This document shows, one piece after another, positions 53,668-63,567 of a stretch of DNA of 64,000 nt. The position numbers and the translations under genes are program-made. The number at the start of each line of letters is the position of its first letter. The stretch's first letter is position 1. The notes beneath the pieces are model-generated. The model did no database searches. It worked only from the letters and a program-made list of their open reading frames with translations, and was not told the origin of the DNA. The stretch comes from an uncultured delta proteobacterium (GTDB lineage Bacteria; Desulfobacterota; Binatia; UBA9968), in contig CAWJZV010000041.1 in the NCBI GenBank assembly GCA_963847445.1, positions 32,001 through 96,000 of the forward strand, in the 5' to 3' direction.

Positions 53668-54822
53668 TCAGCCGATTTTGAATTCTCCCGGCGCGATTTC
53701 GACGATGCGGTTTTTTGCCGGATCGCGGATCGTGCCGATGGGATCTTGGCCGGCGGCGATGGCGTCCATGGAGTCCTTGTAAAGCTTGCGCAGCATGATC
53801 ACGCCTTTGTCCGACACGCCCAAGTGTTCAATGGTCCGGTCGCAAATTACCCCTTGGCTTTCTTGGGCAGCGCGGTCTTGGTCGCCGCGCGCCAGATAGC
53901 CGGTCGCTTCGTCGTAGCGGTACTGGCCTGGTGTGGTTTCAACCACGCCTTTGGCCGCGCCATCCGGCGGGATGTTCCCGGTCGGTTTGCCGTCGACCAC
54001 CGGCGCGAAGTAGACGGTGAAATGCATCGTGTGGGTGTCGTCGGCGGGCACGCGCCAACGCAGCGCTTCGTAGCCCGGATGATTGGCCGACATGCCGCAG
54101 GGATGGCTTTCCGGGACGTGATATCCGGTCTTGTTCATGGTCGGCATGATGAAGTAGCTGAGAGTCTGATAGCGCTCACCGCCGCCGGTGCGCGCGAAGG
54201 TGTCACGAATGCCGTAATCGAAGTACTCCGAGGTCAGCACCGGGTCGGTCCATTTTTTGGTATTGGGCGTGCGGTGCAGCCACTTGAAGTGATGTTGATC
54301 GACGGTGTTCTCGACCATCTGTAAATAATTGCAGCTGGCGATACGTCCTTGCAGCGAACGGATTCCGTCCTCGCGCACCAGCACGTCATAGCGCGGCAAC
54401 AACGGCGCCGGCTCCGGACCCAGGTAGGCGAAGATGACACCGGCAAGCTCTTCGACTTTGTAGGATGGCTGGCGCATTTTGTCTTTGAAATTCGCCTCCG
54501 GCGGTTCCGTGGGTTGTTCCAAACAGCGGCCGCTCACGTCGAACAGCCAGCCATGATAACAGCAGCGCAAGCCGCCGTCTTCGATGTAACCCAAGTGCAG
54601 CGATGTGCCGCGATGCGGACAGCGCGCGCCGATCAGGCCGAGCACGCCGTTCTCGTCACGGAATAAAACCAGATCTTCGCCGAGCAGCATGCGCCGCACC
54701 GGTTTGCCTTTGAGTTCGGCGGTGAAGCCGACCGGATGCCAGTAGCGGCGCATCATGGTGCCGCAAGGCGTGCCGGGCCCGACGCGGGTCAGATCGGTGT
54801 TTTCTTGGGCGGTGAGTGCCAT
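53668..54822 (-). CDS. Rieske non-heme iron oxygenase alpha subunit
   Basis: CPHRG...CCYHGW; ENTVDQHHFKWLH; QDRAAQESQG. Confidence 0.93.
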   Translation of the reverse strand: MALTAQENTDLTRVGPGTPCGTMMRRYWHPVGFTAELKGKPVRRMLLGEDLVLFRDENGVLGLIGARCPHRGTSLHLGYIEDGGLRCCYHGWLFDVSGRCLEQPTEPPEANFKDKMRQPSYKVEELAGVIFAYLGPEPAPLLPRYDVLVREDGIRSLQGRIASCNYLQMVENTVDQHHFKWLHRTPNTKKWTDPVLTSEYFDYGIRDTFARTGGGERYQTLSYFIMPTMNKTGYHVPESHPCGMSANHPGYEALRWRVPADDTHTMHFTVYFAPVVDGKPTGNIPPDGAAKGVVETTPGQYRYDEATGYLARGDQDRAAQESQGVICDRTIEHLGVSDKGVIMLRKLYKDSMDAIAAGQDPIGTIRDPAKNRIVEIAPGEFKIG

Positions 54823-54916
54823 TTGGATGTCTCCTGCCTAGTGCGAAATGATCGAGGGAATTGGCAATAGTGTTCACTACGATGGACCTAGTGCAGCGAA
54901 GCCGCAACCGAAAAGA

Positions 54917-55134
54917 AGATTGGCCGCAAAGAACGCAAAGGGTGCAAAAAAAAATCGGGACTGGTAGGGGCGGGTTTGAAACCCGCCCTCTTGGATTTGG
55001 CGCTCGGACAATTTGCGCATGCCGCGTAAACTATCTCGGATAGCACTACGAAGGTCTGGGAAGTAGGGCGCAGCATGCTGCGCTCCTACAAGTCCAGTTG
55101 CTTTCGGTCCCTTTGCGTTCTTTGCGGCCAATCT
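54917..55134. mobile_element. MITE-like composite: 26-bp perfect terminal inverted repeats enclosing two REP-like palindromes
   Basis: AGATTGGCCGCAAAGAACGCAAAGGG (54917) and CCCTTTGCGTTCTTTGCGGCCAATCT (55109); internal GTAGGGGCGGGTTTGAAACCCGCCC and GTAGGGCGCAGCATGCTGCGCTCCTAC. Confidence 0.7.
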
Positions 55135-55142
55135 CTCCGTCT

Positions 55143-56215
55143 TCAAACTACCTTGCGAACAGTTTTAATTTTTCCGCCGGCAGATCGGATGTAAACTTGC
55201 TGCGCCAGCACGGTCCTCTGCGTCGTTTTGAATCGTAACGGCTTGCCGTTCACCTTCACGTCGCACACCGTCAGCTCGCCGAGAAACGTCGATGCCAATA
55301 CTTCGGCGGCAAATTCGTTTTCCAATCCGGTAGGCGCGGCGGCGATCTGCAACTCTTCGGGCCGGATGGCGACGCTGACGTTGCGCAAACTGCCATCGCC
55401 GACGGCGCAGACAAGCTTTCCTAGGTCGGTGTCGACTTGAGCGCCGTTGCTGACGACGCCGTCGATCAAATTGGTCGAACCGAGGAACTCGCAGACTTCA
55501 CGGTTCAACGGCCGATCATAGAGATCCCGCGGCGGCGCGCACTGCAAGACTTTCCCTTTGCTCATGACCGCGACACGGTCGGCCAGCGCCATGGCTTCGA
55601 CCTGGTCGTGGGTGACGTAGAGCACGGCGATGCCAAATTTCTTGGACAGGTTCTTGATCTCGTCGCGCACTTCTTCGCGCAGGCGGGCGTCGAGATTGCT
55701 GAGCGGCTCGTCCATCAACAGCACTTTCGGTTCCACCGCGAGGGCGCGCGCCAAGGCGACGCGCTGCTGCTGGCCGCCGCTTAAAAATGGCGCCGGGCGG
55801 TCGGCGAGGCCGCCGAGCTGAACCAGCTCCAGCGCGTTCAGCACGCGCTTTTTGATGTCGGCGCGGGACAGCTTGTAGCGGTCCATTGATCAGCGGGAAG
55901 GCGACATTGTCGTAGACCGTCATATGCGGCCAGACGGCGTAGGACTGAAACACCATGCCGATGCCGCGCCCTTCGGGAGCGACGAAGAATTTGCGTTCGG
56001 CGGAGCTGACCAGGACGTTGCTGATGGCGATCTCGCCGCCGTCGGGCCGCTCCAAGCCGGCGACGCAGCGTAGGAGCGTGGTCTTGCCCGAGCCGCTGAG
56101 CCCGAGCAGGACGAAGAACTCCTGGTCGCCGACATCGACGCTGACGCCGTCGACGGCATGCACCGCGTCGGTGCCGGACTTGTAGATCTTTAGTAAGGTT
56201 TCTTATCGATATCAT
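55143..56215 (-). CDS. ABC transporter ATP-binding protein (Fe3+/polyamine/sugar type, TOBE domain), frameshifts
   Basis: GLSGSGKTT, MVFQSYAVWPHM, LSGGQQQR, LLMDEP, YVTHDQ. Confidence 0.93.
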
Positions 56216-56331
56216 TTTCGGCGCTTACTCAGTTGATATTCGTTGTCGTGACTCGACTGCGCGCAAAATGTCCAGCGCAGTTTTTATCACGCCGCCGGGG
56301 ATTTGCAATCGACTCGTGGCCGCTCAACGCG

Positions 56332-57105
56332 TCAGTCGCCGGAATAGTGCAGGCGCCAGTAATAATTCGCCCAGCCGATATACTCGTGGAGGGTGGCAAA
56401 CATCTTCGGCGCGGCGCCTTCGCTGGGAAAAAAGTTGAAGGGCGAAAAGTCAAATTTGCCAACGGAAAAATCTCCCGGCGCGGGGATCGGTTCGGCCACC
56501 CGCGCGCCGAACACCAGCATGCTGCGCGGCATATGCACGGCTGAAGTGACCAAGAGATAGCGTTTCCAGCCATGCTTCTTCAGGACTTTCTGAGTCTCCA
56601 AGGCATTCTCAAATGTGTCGCGGGATTTTTCTTCGCCGATGACATCCTGCTTGGGCACGCCCCACTTGATGAGAAAGTCGCGGGCGATCTTGTTTTCGTC
56701 CATCGCCGGCGTGAACGGATTGACATGGCCGCCGGAAATAATGATCGGTTTGGGCTGGATGCGATAGAGCCGCCAGGCCTCGTCGAGGCGGCGAAACATA
56801 TGCTCGTCGATGGAGGGAAAGGGAATCAAGCCGCTCGCCGGATAGCTGCCGCTGGTGAGCACGACGATGGCGTCGTAGGCGCCGGCTTGGCGCGGATCGA
56901 GCAGCGGCGGATAGCGCGACTCTAGTTGGTAGCGCAGCGCATAGTTTAACGGGCCGCAGTGGAGGCTGAGTATGAGTAGCAACGTGACGAACAGCAGTTT
57001 ACGCGCCCAGCGGCGCCGCCAAAAGATCAAAACCGCTAGCAGCATGAGCAGCCACGGCATCGGCGGCAGCAGGAGCGCTTTCAAGAACTGCTTGAGGGTG
57101 AACAT
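56332..57105 (-). CDS. YdcF/ElyC/SanA (DUF218) family protein
   Basis: AIVVL, IISGG, EEKSRDTFENA, LVTSAVHMPRS, HEYIG. Confidence 0.9.
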   Translation of the reverse strand: MFTLKQFLKALLLPPMPWLLMLLAVLIFWRRRWARKLLFVTLLLILSLHCGPLNYALRYQLESRYPPLLDPRQAGAYDAIVVLTSGSYPASGLIPFPSIDEHMFRRLDEAWRLYRIQPKPIIISGGHVNPFTPAMDENKIARDFLIKWGVPKQDVIGEEKSRDTFENALETQKVLKKHGWKRYLLVTSAVHMPRSMLVFGARVAEPIPAPGDFSVGKFDFSPFNFFPSEGAAPKMFATLHEYIGWANYYWRLHYSGD

Positions 57106-57117
57106 GGGATTGATGAG

Positions 57118-57210
57118 GTTTCGGGTCCAGGGATTCGAGTTTCGGCTTGTCGCCGCCGCAACCGAACCGACGATGCAACTCGAAACTGAGAAACCCGAAA
57201 CGCGAAACTG
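57118..57210. repeat. inverted heptamer arrays (GTTTCGG / CCGAAAC type)
   Basis: GTTTCGG GTCCAGG GATTCGA GTTTCGG ... AACTCGA AACTGAG AAACCCG AAACGCG AAAC. Confidence 0.65.
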
Positions 57211-57215
57211 CAGTT

Positions 57216-57860
57216 TCACTCCGCATCCGGCTGCTTTTCCGGGGCGGCGTTGGCGAAGGCTGGGATCGCGTTGCAGTTCTGCTCGATTTCTAAAATCGTC
57301 GGGTACTTCGACAGATCGCAGCCGTAACGCCGCGCGTTGCCGAGCTGCGGGATTAAACAAACGTCAGCCAGTGTCGGCACGTCGCCGAAGCAGAACTTGC
57401 CGCGCTTGGGCTGGGCGACGATCATCTCTTGCAGCGCCGCCAGGCCGAGGTCGATCCAGTGCTGTGCCCACTTGTTCACTTGCTCGTCGGTCTGATTGTA
57501 GGTCGCTTTGACGTAATTGAGCACGCGCAGATTCTGAATCGGGTGAACTTCGCAGGCGATCACCAACGCCATGCTGCGCACCAGCGCTCGATCTGCGGGG
57601 TCTCTGGGTAGCAACGGCGGATTGGGATGGGTTTCTTCGAGATATTCTATTATCGCCAGGGACTGGGTCAGAACCCTGCCGTTGTCCTCCAGCGCCGGCA
57701 CCAGGGCCTGTGGATTGATCGCCGTGTACGCCGGCATCAATTGCTCGCCGCCGCCGCGGCGCAGATGAATCGGCGCCTGTTCGCAGCCGATGGCTTTCAA
57801 ATTTAACGCGATGCGCACGCGGTAGGAAGCGGAGCTGCGGAAGAAGGTGTAAAGTTTCAT
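57216..57860 (-). CDS. maiA: maleylacetoacetate/maleylpyruvate isomerase (GST zeta)
   Basis: MKLYTFFRSSASYRVRIALNLK, QSLAIIEYL, HPIQNLRVL, PEKQPDA. Confidence 0.93.
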   Translation of the reverse strand: MKLYTFFRSSASYRVRIALNLKAIGCEQAPIHLRRGGGEQLMPAYTAINPQALVPALEDNGRVLTQSLAIIEYLEETHPNPPLLPRDPADRALVRSMALVIACEVHPIQNLRVLNYVKATYNQTDEQVNKWAQHWIDLGLAALQEMIVAQPKRGKFCFGDVPTLADVCLIPQLGNARRYGCDLSKYPTILEIEQNCNAIPAFANAAPEKQPDAE

Positions 57861-58846
57861 TGAAATATTTTCCTGTACTCTTTGCGTTTCTCGGCCATCA
57901 TGTTGGCGTCGGGTTCGTCCATCTCGACGACTTGGATTTTGTCGGCGTCGGCGAGCGGTGGGTGAATGCCTTTGCGGGTGACGAACTCGCCGGACTTGGC
58001 CATCACTCTTAGGCTTTCGTCGCTGTAGAAGTAATCGAGAAACGCCTTGGCGGCGTTGGGCCTTGCGGCCCTGCTGCTCATGGCGATGGCGTGGCCGTGG
58101 CCGAGCATCTTGTCTTGTCTGACGTAGTCCAGCGGCGCGCCCTTTTGGCCGAAGACGATGACGTATTTCAAGTAAGTAATCGCGATCGGCGTTTCGCCGG
58201 TGGTGACGCGCTCGGCGGCGGGCAACACGCCTTCGACGATCACCGGTTTGGTGGCGCCGAGATCGCGCAGGTACTTGTCGGCGCGATCTTTGCCCATGAG
58301 TTTGTAAAGGCTCATGGGCCACATGACGGCAACGGCGCCGCGGGACGGATCGGCAAAGGCGAGCTTGCCGCGGAACTCGGGCTTCAGTAAATCTTCCAGA
58401 GACTTGGGCGCTTTGTCCGGGCTGATGATGCTCTTGTTGTAGACGATGCCGACGATCGATGTGCGGTAGCTCGGGCCGAGCTGCGGATGCTGAAACTCGG
58501 CGGCGAAGTTTTTCGCCATCGGCGAGTCGTATTTCGCCAGGGCGCCTTCGGTTAGAAGAATTTCCATCGGGCCGGCATTGTTGAGCACCAGATCGTAGCC
58601 GACTTTGTTGGCGCGCTTTTCACTCGATGCGCGTTCCAGCACCGTGGCGCCGGCGGCGCGCCAGTAGTCGACCTTGATGCCGGTTTTTTTTTCAAATCCT
58701 TGCTGAACGCCGTCGAAGATGTCGGTCTCCATGGAGCCGTAGATGACGACCTTGCCATCTTTCTTGCCTTCGGCGACCAGTTTGGCGTCCTGGGCGAGCA
58801 GGTGAGACGGGAGACAGAGACAGAGCAAGCCGAGCAGTATGCGCAT
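57857..58846 (-). CDS. extracellular solute-binding protein (Fe3+/thiamine-like)
   Basis: Signal peptide; VVIYGS, FEKKTGIKV, PKSLEDLLKPEFRGK, PNAAKAFLDY. Confidence 0.88.
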   Translation of the reverse strand: MRILLGLLCLCLPSHLLAQDAKLVAEGKKDGKVVIYGSMETDIFDGVQQGFEKKTGIKVDYWRAAGATVLERASSEKRANKVGYDLVLNNAGPMEILLTEGALAKYDSPMAKNFAAEFQHPQLGPSYRTSIVGIVYNKSIISPDKAPKSLEDLLKPEFRGKLAFADPSRGAVAVMWPMSLYKLMGKDRADKYLRDLGATKPVIVEGVLPAAERVTTGETPIAITYLKYVIVFGQKGAPLDYVRQDKMLGHGHAIAMSSRAARPNAAKAFLDYFYSDESLRVMAKSGEFVTRKGIHPPLADADKIQVVEMDEPDANMMAEKRKEYRKIFQ

Positions 58847-58860
58847 AGAGATTTCCAACT

Positions 58861-58886
58861 GTAGGGGCGCAGTATGCTGCGCCCGT
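58861..58886. repeat. GTAG-type REP-like palindrome
   Basis: GTAGGGGCGCAGTATGCTGCGCCCGT, near-identical to 55063..55089. Confidence 0.75.
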
Positions 58887-58890
58887 TGCC

Positions 58891-59859
58891 TCAGGCCGCC
58901 AATTCCACCGAGGTGACGAACGGCAGGCCGCTGGCGACTTCACGCGCGCCGCTGTCGTCGATCAGCAGGAGGGTTCCGTCCGAGGTGCCGGCGATCATGC
59001 CATTACCCTCGGGCGTCGGGCAGAGGTGCATGACGCCGCCGTTTAGATTGTCGATGACGGTGTCCCAAGTCTTGCCTTTGTCGCTGCTGCGCAGGATCGC
59101 CGACATGGCGCCTTCTTCGCGTAGCCAGAGATTGGGCCGGCCACGGGCGGCGCCGACGTAGAGGACGCCGTGGTTATCTTCGGCGACGGAAATGCCGTAG
59201 TCATGATTTTTCGGCGAGATGTTTTCCCAGTGGCCGGCGCGGTCGGGGCTGCGGAAGCAGGCTTCGCCGCAGGCGAGAAAAACCATGCCGCTGTGTTGCT
59301 CGGACGCGAGGATCTCGTGGATGTCCATGTCGGTGAGCCCTTCGTTGCAGGGCTCCCAGCCGCGGCCGCCGTCGTCGCTCAACACCATGCCGCCGACTTC
59401 GATGCCGGCGTAGAGGCGATTCTTGTTTTCCGGCTCGTAGGCGAGGTAGCGCGTGCGCGACTGCAATTCCGGACTCGGCGGGAAGTTGGCGCCGGCACTG
59501 TGCAACCGCACGCCCTCTAGTTCCTCCCAGCCGCCGTTCTTGCTGCGGTACACCGCGGATGGGATCGTGCCGACCATGACGCCGCCGTCGATGGCCAGCG
59601 CCGAGTAGAGAAACATCTTCGGCACCTGCGGATCGGCGCGGTTCCAGTGGGCGCCGGCGTCTTTGGTGTAGAAAAGCCCGGAGTGTTCGGTGCCGGCGTA
59701 AATCTTCTTGGGATCTTCCGGGTCCACGGTCATGCAGGTGAGCGTCCAGTAACTCAAGTCGCGCTTGGTCTGGGTGAACTGCTTACCGTTCTGTTCGAAA
59801 CGGTACCAGCCGGAAAATGTCGCGACATGCAAGGCCTTCTTGCCATTCGTCCCGCTCAT
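58891..59859 (-). CDS. BNR/Asp-box beta-propeller protein
   Basis: Asp boxes TKDAGAHW, SDDGGRGW, SPDRAGHW, SSDKGKTW. Confidence 0.85.
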   Translation of the reverse strand: MSGTNGKKALHVATFSGWYRFEQNGKQFTQTKRDLSYWTLTCMTVDPEDPKKIYAGTEHSGLFYTKDAGAHWNRADPQVPKMFLYSALAIDGGVMVGTIPSAVYRSKNGGWEELEGVRLHSAGANFPPSPELQSRTRYLAYEPENKNRLYAGIEVGGMVLSDDGGRGWEPCNEGLTDMDIHEILASEQHSGMVFLACGEACFRSPDRAGHWENISPKNHDYGISVAEDNHGVLYVGAARGRPNLWLREEGAMSAILRSSDKGKTWDTVIDNLNGGVMHLCPTPEGNGMIAGTSDGTLLLIDDSGAREVASGLPFVTSVELAA

Positions 59860-59948
59860 GAGAGTCTCCTTACGGCGATGTGCCGAGTGAAATTTGCCTT
59901 AGTATTAACTCGACATGGGGTTCAATCGCAAATGGGAAAACTCGTGAA

Positions 59949-60360
59949 TCACTTTTTGGCACGCAGCTCATACATGACTTGTCCGATCGCCTCGTCCAGC
60001 CACAATTGAAATCTTCTATTTGCTGACTCTTCGGCAAACGGTCGTGAGCGGGCAGATTGAAGAATCTCCAGGGATTGCGGTGTTGCAAACGCTACCAGGC
60101 CGTCCAGCGCTTGTTGCCACGCTTCTTCTTCCGCGCCGTGGAGTACTTCGCTGAGAAAAGGCAGGACCGCCTCTTCATGGCGTTCCCAGGCTGCTTTGAC
60201 CAGGAAGGCGCGAATGCCGGAACTTTGTTCATCTCTGAAAGTCTCGATCAATGCCGGCAGGATGTCGCCAGGCAACTCAATCAGAGTGAAAAACGCCGAC
60301 TCTTCGTCTCCCGACCGAAACGTCTCGACGATAGCATTCGATTTCGCGCGCCAACGACAT
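59949..60360 (-). CDS. HEAT-repeat-like small protein (frameshift)
   Basis: ILPALIETF..E.SSGIR, VLPFLSEVL...EEAWQQALDGL helical repeats. Confidence 0.6.
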
Positions 60361-60992
60361 CTAACTTTTCCAGATCTCTATAAGTTCTTTCGACTCCACA
60401 ACATCGGCGAAGCGCTCGATTCTTTTCAGCGCGGCGTTGTGGCCTTCCTCGGTGTAGGTGCCGACGCAATCGCGTATGATGACCATTGAAAAACCGCGGT
60501 TGTGGCCGTCGCGCACGGTCATCTCGACGCCGCCGTCGGTGGTGCAGCCGATCATGACGACGGTGCTGGCGCCGCGGTTGTGCATGATGGTTTCAAACTC
60601 GTTGCCGACGAACATGCTCGGCCGGCGCTTGTCGATGACGATGTCTTCGGGCGCCGGTTTGAAGGGTTTCATGATCTCCCAGTTGGTGCTGCCCTTCGCA
60701 CGGCGCGGCTTGAGCTTGCTCGGATGATCGACCTTCTCGTTGATCATCGCTCGGCGAATCCAGGTGACCGCCTCTTCGCTCCAGAGAAACGGCGTCTGGC
60801 GCGTGTAAACGGTCTTGACGCCGGCCTTGGCTGCGGTGGCGATGAGCGGCGGCGCGTGCGAATGAGCGCGTCTTTGTTAAACGAACCCCCGGCTTGATCG
60901 TTCTGCATGTCCCAGACTAGCAGGACCGTGCGTTTGGGATCGACGATCTCTTTTAGTTCGTTGGGAATCTGTCTACCGTCGAATTCGATCAT
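60361..60992 (-). CDS. isochorismatase-family cysteine-hydrolase-fold protein (frameshifts)
   Basis: VLLVWDMQND, DIVIDKRRPSMF, VMIGCTTDGGVEMTVRDG. Confidence 0.85.
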
Positions 60993-61044
60993 CGGCGTTG
61001 CCTCCTTACTTGAATGGGCCTTTCGGTTTACTGAGAAGATGCAT

Positions 61045-61290
61045 TTACCACGAAGGACACGAAGGGGTCGGAGAATTCATATTCCGAACTTCGTGCTCTT
61101 CGTGACCTTCGTGGTGAAGACTCTTTCCCATTTGGTTGCTAGGCGATCACCGCTCCGCCACCCCAGGGCGTATGCAATACGCCCTTACAAAGAGATCCGA
61201 ACTTTGCGCCCTTTGCGCGAGATATTCCGGTTTTAGGTCCTTCGTGGTGAAAATACTCCTGCCCACTTGGCTGAGGCTGCCCCGCTCTAG
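61045..61290. repeat. intergenic mosaic of CACGAAG inverted arrays, REP-like palindrome and CTTTGCG units
   Basis: ACCACGAAGGACACGAAG...TTCGTGCTCTTCGTGACCTTCGTGGTGAA; AGGGCGTATGCAATACGCCCTTAC; CTTTGCGCCCTTTGCG; CCTTCGTGGTGAAA. Confidence 0.75.
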
Positions 61291-61294
61291 CTGA

Positions 61295-62290
61295 CTAGCG
61301 CGTCGATGCCAATTCTTTACGCGCTTTTTCGAGAAAACTGAAGTCGACGACCTGCGCGGCTGAGATCGGTTGCGCCACGTTGGAAGTCTCGCGGGTCAAA
61401 TCGATGAAGTATTGCACGGCTTGGGGGCTGATCACCGCGTCTTTGGCCAGGCCGCGCTTGAGATAGCCGAGCATTTCAGCGGCGAGCTTTTGATCGCTGA
61501 CACGCCACTGTTTCATCATGACGTCGCGCGCCTGCTCACGATTAGCTTCGTCGCTGACGAACTGCAAGCCGCGGTAGGTCGCGCGCACCATGCGATAAAC
61601 TTCATCCGGCTGCTGTTGGATGCGCGCCACCGAAGTGCCGAAGCCATTTTGCGGAAAACTCACGACGTCGCCCAAAAAGATCAGCTCGTTGTAGCCTTTG
61701 TTCACGGCGATAATATTCTCCGGCACCGAGAGTAATGCGGCGTCGACGACGCCCTGTTCCAATACCGCCAGCCGCCCGGCGCCCGATCCCCCCATCGGTA
61801 ATACCTGCACGTCCTTACCGGGTTCGAGGGCGAAATGTTTTAAGGCTTGATAGGCGAGGATCGTCGCCGAACCGCCGGGCGAGCTGCCGGCGACTTTTTT
61901 TCCTTTCAGATCGCGTGGCTCTCTGATCTCCTTGCGGCTGACGAAAGATTGCAGCGGTTTGGCGATGGTGAAGATCAAGATCTTTGCCGGGTAGTTGCGA
62001 GTCGCGGCAAGCGCCAGGCCGGTGAGTCCGGCGCTGTACTCGATCTCGCCCTTGAAGAAGGCGTTGTTCGCCGCGGCGAGAGACATCAGGATGATTTCCA
62101 GATCGATGCCTTCGTCTCGATAAAAACCTTTCTGATATGCCGCGTAGATTGGCAGAAAGCCAACGCTGGTGGCGGCGATGCCGAGGCGGAGCTTTTTGAG
62201 TGCAGGCTGCGCCGGTGCCGGCGAGCAAAACCAACTGTCTATGGCAAGCACGCCGATGCAGCAGAGCATTGGCAGGTAACGTCGAGACAT
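61295..62290 (-). CDS. NMT1/THI5-like ABC substrate-binding protein
   Basis: Signal peptide; KGFYRDEGIDLEI, DLKGKKVA, VDFSFL. Confidence 0.88.
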   Translation of the reverse strand: MSRRYLPMLCCIGVLAIDSWFCSPAPAQPALKKLRLGIAATSVGFLPIYAAYQKGFYRDEGIDLEIILMSLAAANNAFFKGEIEYSAGLTGLALAATRNYPAKILIFTIAKPLQSFVSRKEIREPRDLKGKKVAGSSPGGSATILAYQALKHFALEPGKDVQVLPMGGSGAGRLAVLEQGVVDAALLSVPENIIAVNKGYNELIFLGDVVSFPQNGFGTSVARIQQQPDEVYRMVRATYRGLQFVSDEANREQARDVMMKQWRVSDQKLAAEMLGYLKRGLAKDAVISPQAVQYFIDLTRETSNVAQPISAAQVVDFSFLEKARKELASTR

Positions 62291-62306
62291 GGCGGTGTCT
62301 CCTTTA

Positions 62307-62510
62307 AAATCCGAAATTCGAAGCACCAAATCCGAAATAAACTCCCAACAAACAAATCCGAAATCCGAATATCGAAAGCGGCCCCGCGGACCGAAATAAA
62401 CCGCAGCCAAATCAACTCAAACTGGGAAAATCCAAAACGAGGAATCCGAATCAGGGTTGTTTGGAACATTGTGTTTTTGGTCATTGGAATTTGTTTCGAG
62501 TTTCGAGCTT
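62307..62510. repeat. heptamer arrays (AAATCCG/AAATTCG) with inverted counterpart
   Basis: AAATCCGAAATTCGAAGCACCAAATCCGAAA...AAATCCGAAATCCGAATATCGAAA ... TTTGGTCATTGGAATTTGTTTCGAGTTTCGAG. Confidence 0.72.
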
Positions 62511-62552
62511 TGCCTTTCTCAGTGAGTGCTTGGCGTTTTTTGGGGCGATGAT

Positions 62553-63542
62553 CTACGGGTTCGCGCCTTTGGCTTCGAGCTCTTTCCGCACTTCTTCCGC
62601 CCAGCGCAGGTCGAAAAAATTTTCCGCGGCGAGCGGCTTATCGAGCTTGAGCGGGATCCGCAGTTCGTTTTCGAGGATGCTCTTTACTCCTTCGGCGGAA
62701 GGCACGCCGGGGATGCCGGGCGGAAAGGCGCGGGTGTAGCTGCGGATCGCCTCGGTCAACATCGGCTTGGTGATGTTTCTAATTCTCAAGCGGCGTAGCG
62801 CGATGTCGGCAGCGTCTTCGGGCCGCTCTCGGATGAACAGTAAAGAGCGGGTCATCGCCCGGAGCCATCTTTTGACCTGTGCCGGGTTTTCGGCGAGCTT
62901 CTGATTGGTCACGACGTAGCCCTGAAAGGGTAGGGTGAAAATATCGCCCATGAAGACAAGTTTGCGCAGCCCTTCACGTTCGGCGGCGACGGTGCCGGCG
63001 GGATCAAGCACGACGGCGGCAACGTTACCGCTTTTGAGGCCGAGGATTTTGTCGCCGATGCTCGTGCCTAATGAGATTCTAGTGATCTCCTTGGCCGACA
63101 CGCCGGCACGTTCGGCATACAGCGTGATGAAGCGGTCTTCGCTGTCGCCGATCAGGGCGACGCCGATTTTCTTGCCCTTGAGGTCGGATCCCTGGCTGAT
63201 GCTTGGATGAACGACTAAATACCAAGTCGGTTTTTCGGTTTGATAGAAGATCGCCTTGAGCGGCGCACCGCGCACGGCGCCGCGCAGGCCGCTGCCGCCG
63301 GCGCCGCTGAAATCGACGTCGCCGCTGACCAATGCCGCGATGCCGGCCGGGCCACCAATGGCGATGGTTTCGTTGTCCAAGCCTTCGTCGCGGAAGAATT
63401 TACGCTCCTCGGCGCTGTACACGCTCAGATAATTGAGATTCGCGCCGGGGATGGCGGTGCGGATCTTTTCGGCGCGCGCGCTGGCGGCGAGCCAAGCGAC
63501 GCAGAACAGGACAAGGATGAAACTAACACGGCGGCCGATCAT
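62553..63542 (-). CDS. NMT1/THI5-like ABC substrate-binding protein
   Basis: Signal peptide ending ARA-E; FFRDEGLD, ALVSGDVDF, DLKGKKIGV. Confidence 0.88.
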   Translation of the reverse strand: MIGRRVSFILVLFCVAWLAASARAEKIRTAIPGANLNYLSVYSAEERKFFRDEGLDNETIAIGGPAGIAALVSGDVDFSGAGGSGLRGAVRGAPLKAIFYQTEKPTWYLVVHPSISQGSDLKGKKIGVALIGDSEDRFITLYAERAGVSAKEITRISLGTSIGDKILGLKSGNVAAVVLDPAGTVAAEREGLRKLVFMGDIFTLPFQGYVVTNQKLAENPAQVKRWLRAMTRSLLFIRERPEDAADIALRRLRIRNITKPMLTEAIRSYTRAFPPGIPGVPSAEGVKSILENELRIPLKLDKPLAAENFFDLRWAEEVRKELEAKGANP

Positions 63543-63567
63543 GGAACCTCCAATCCGGTTTGGGTTA

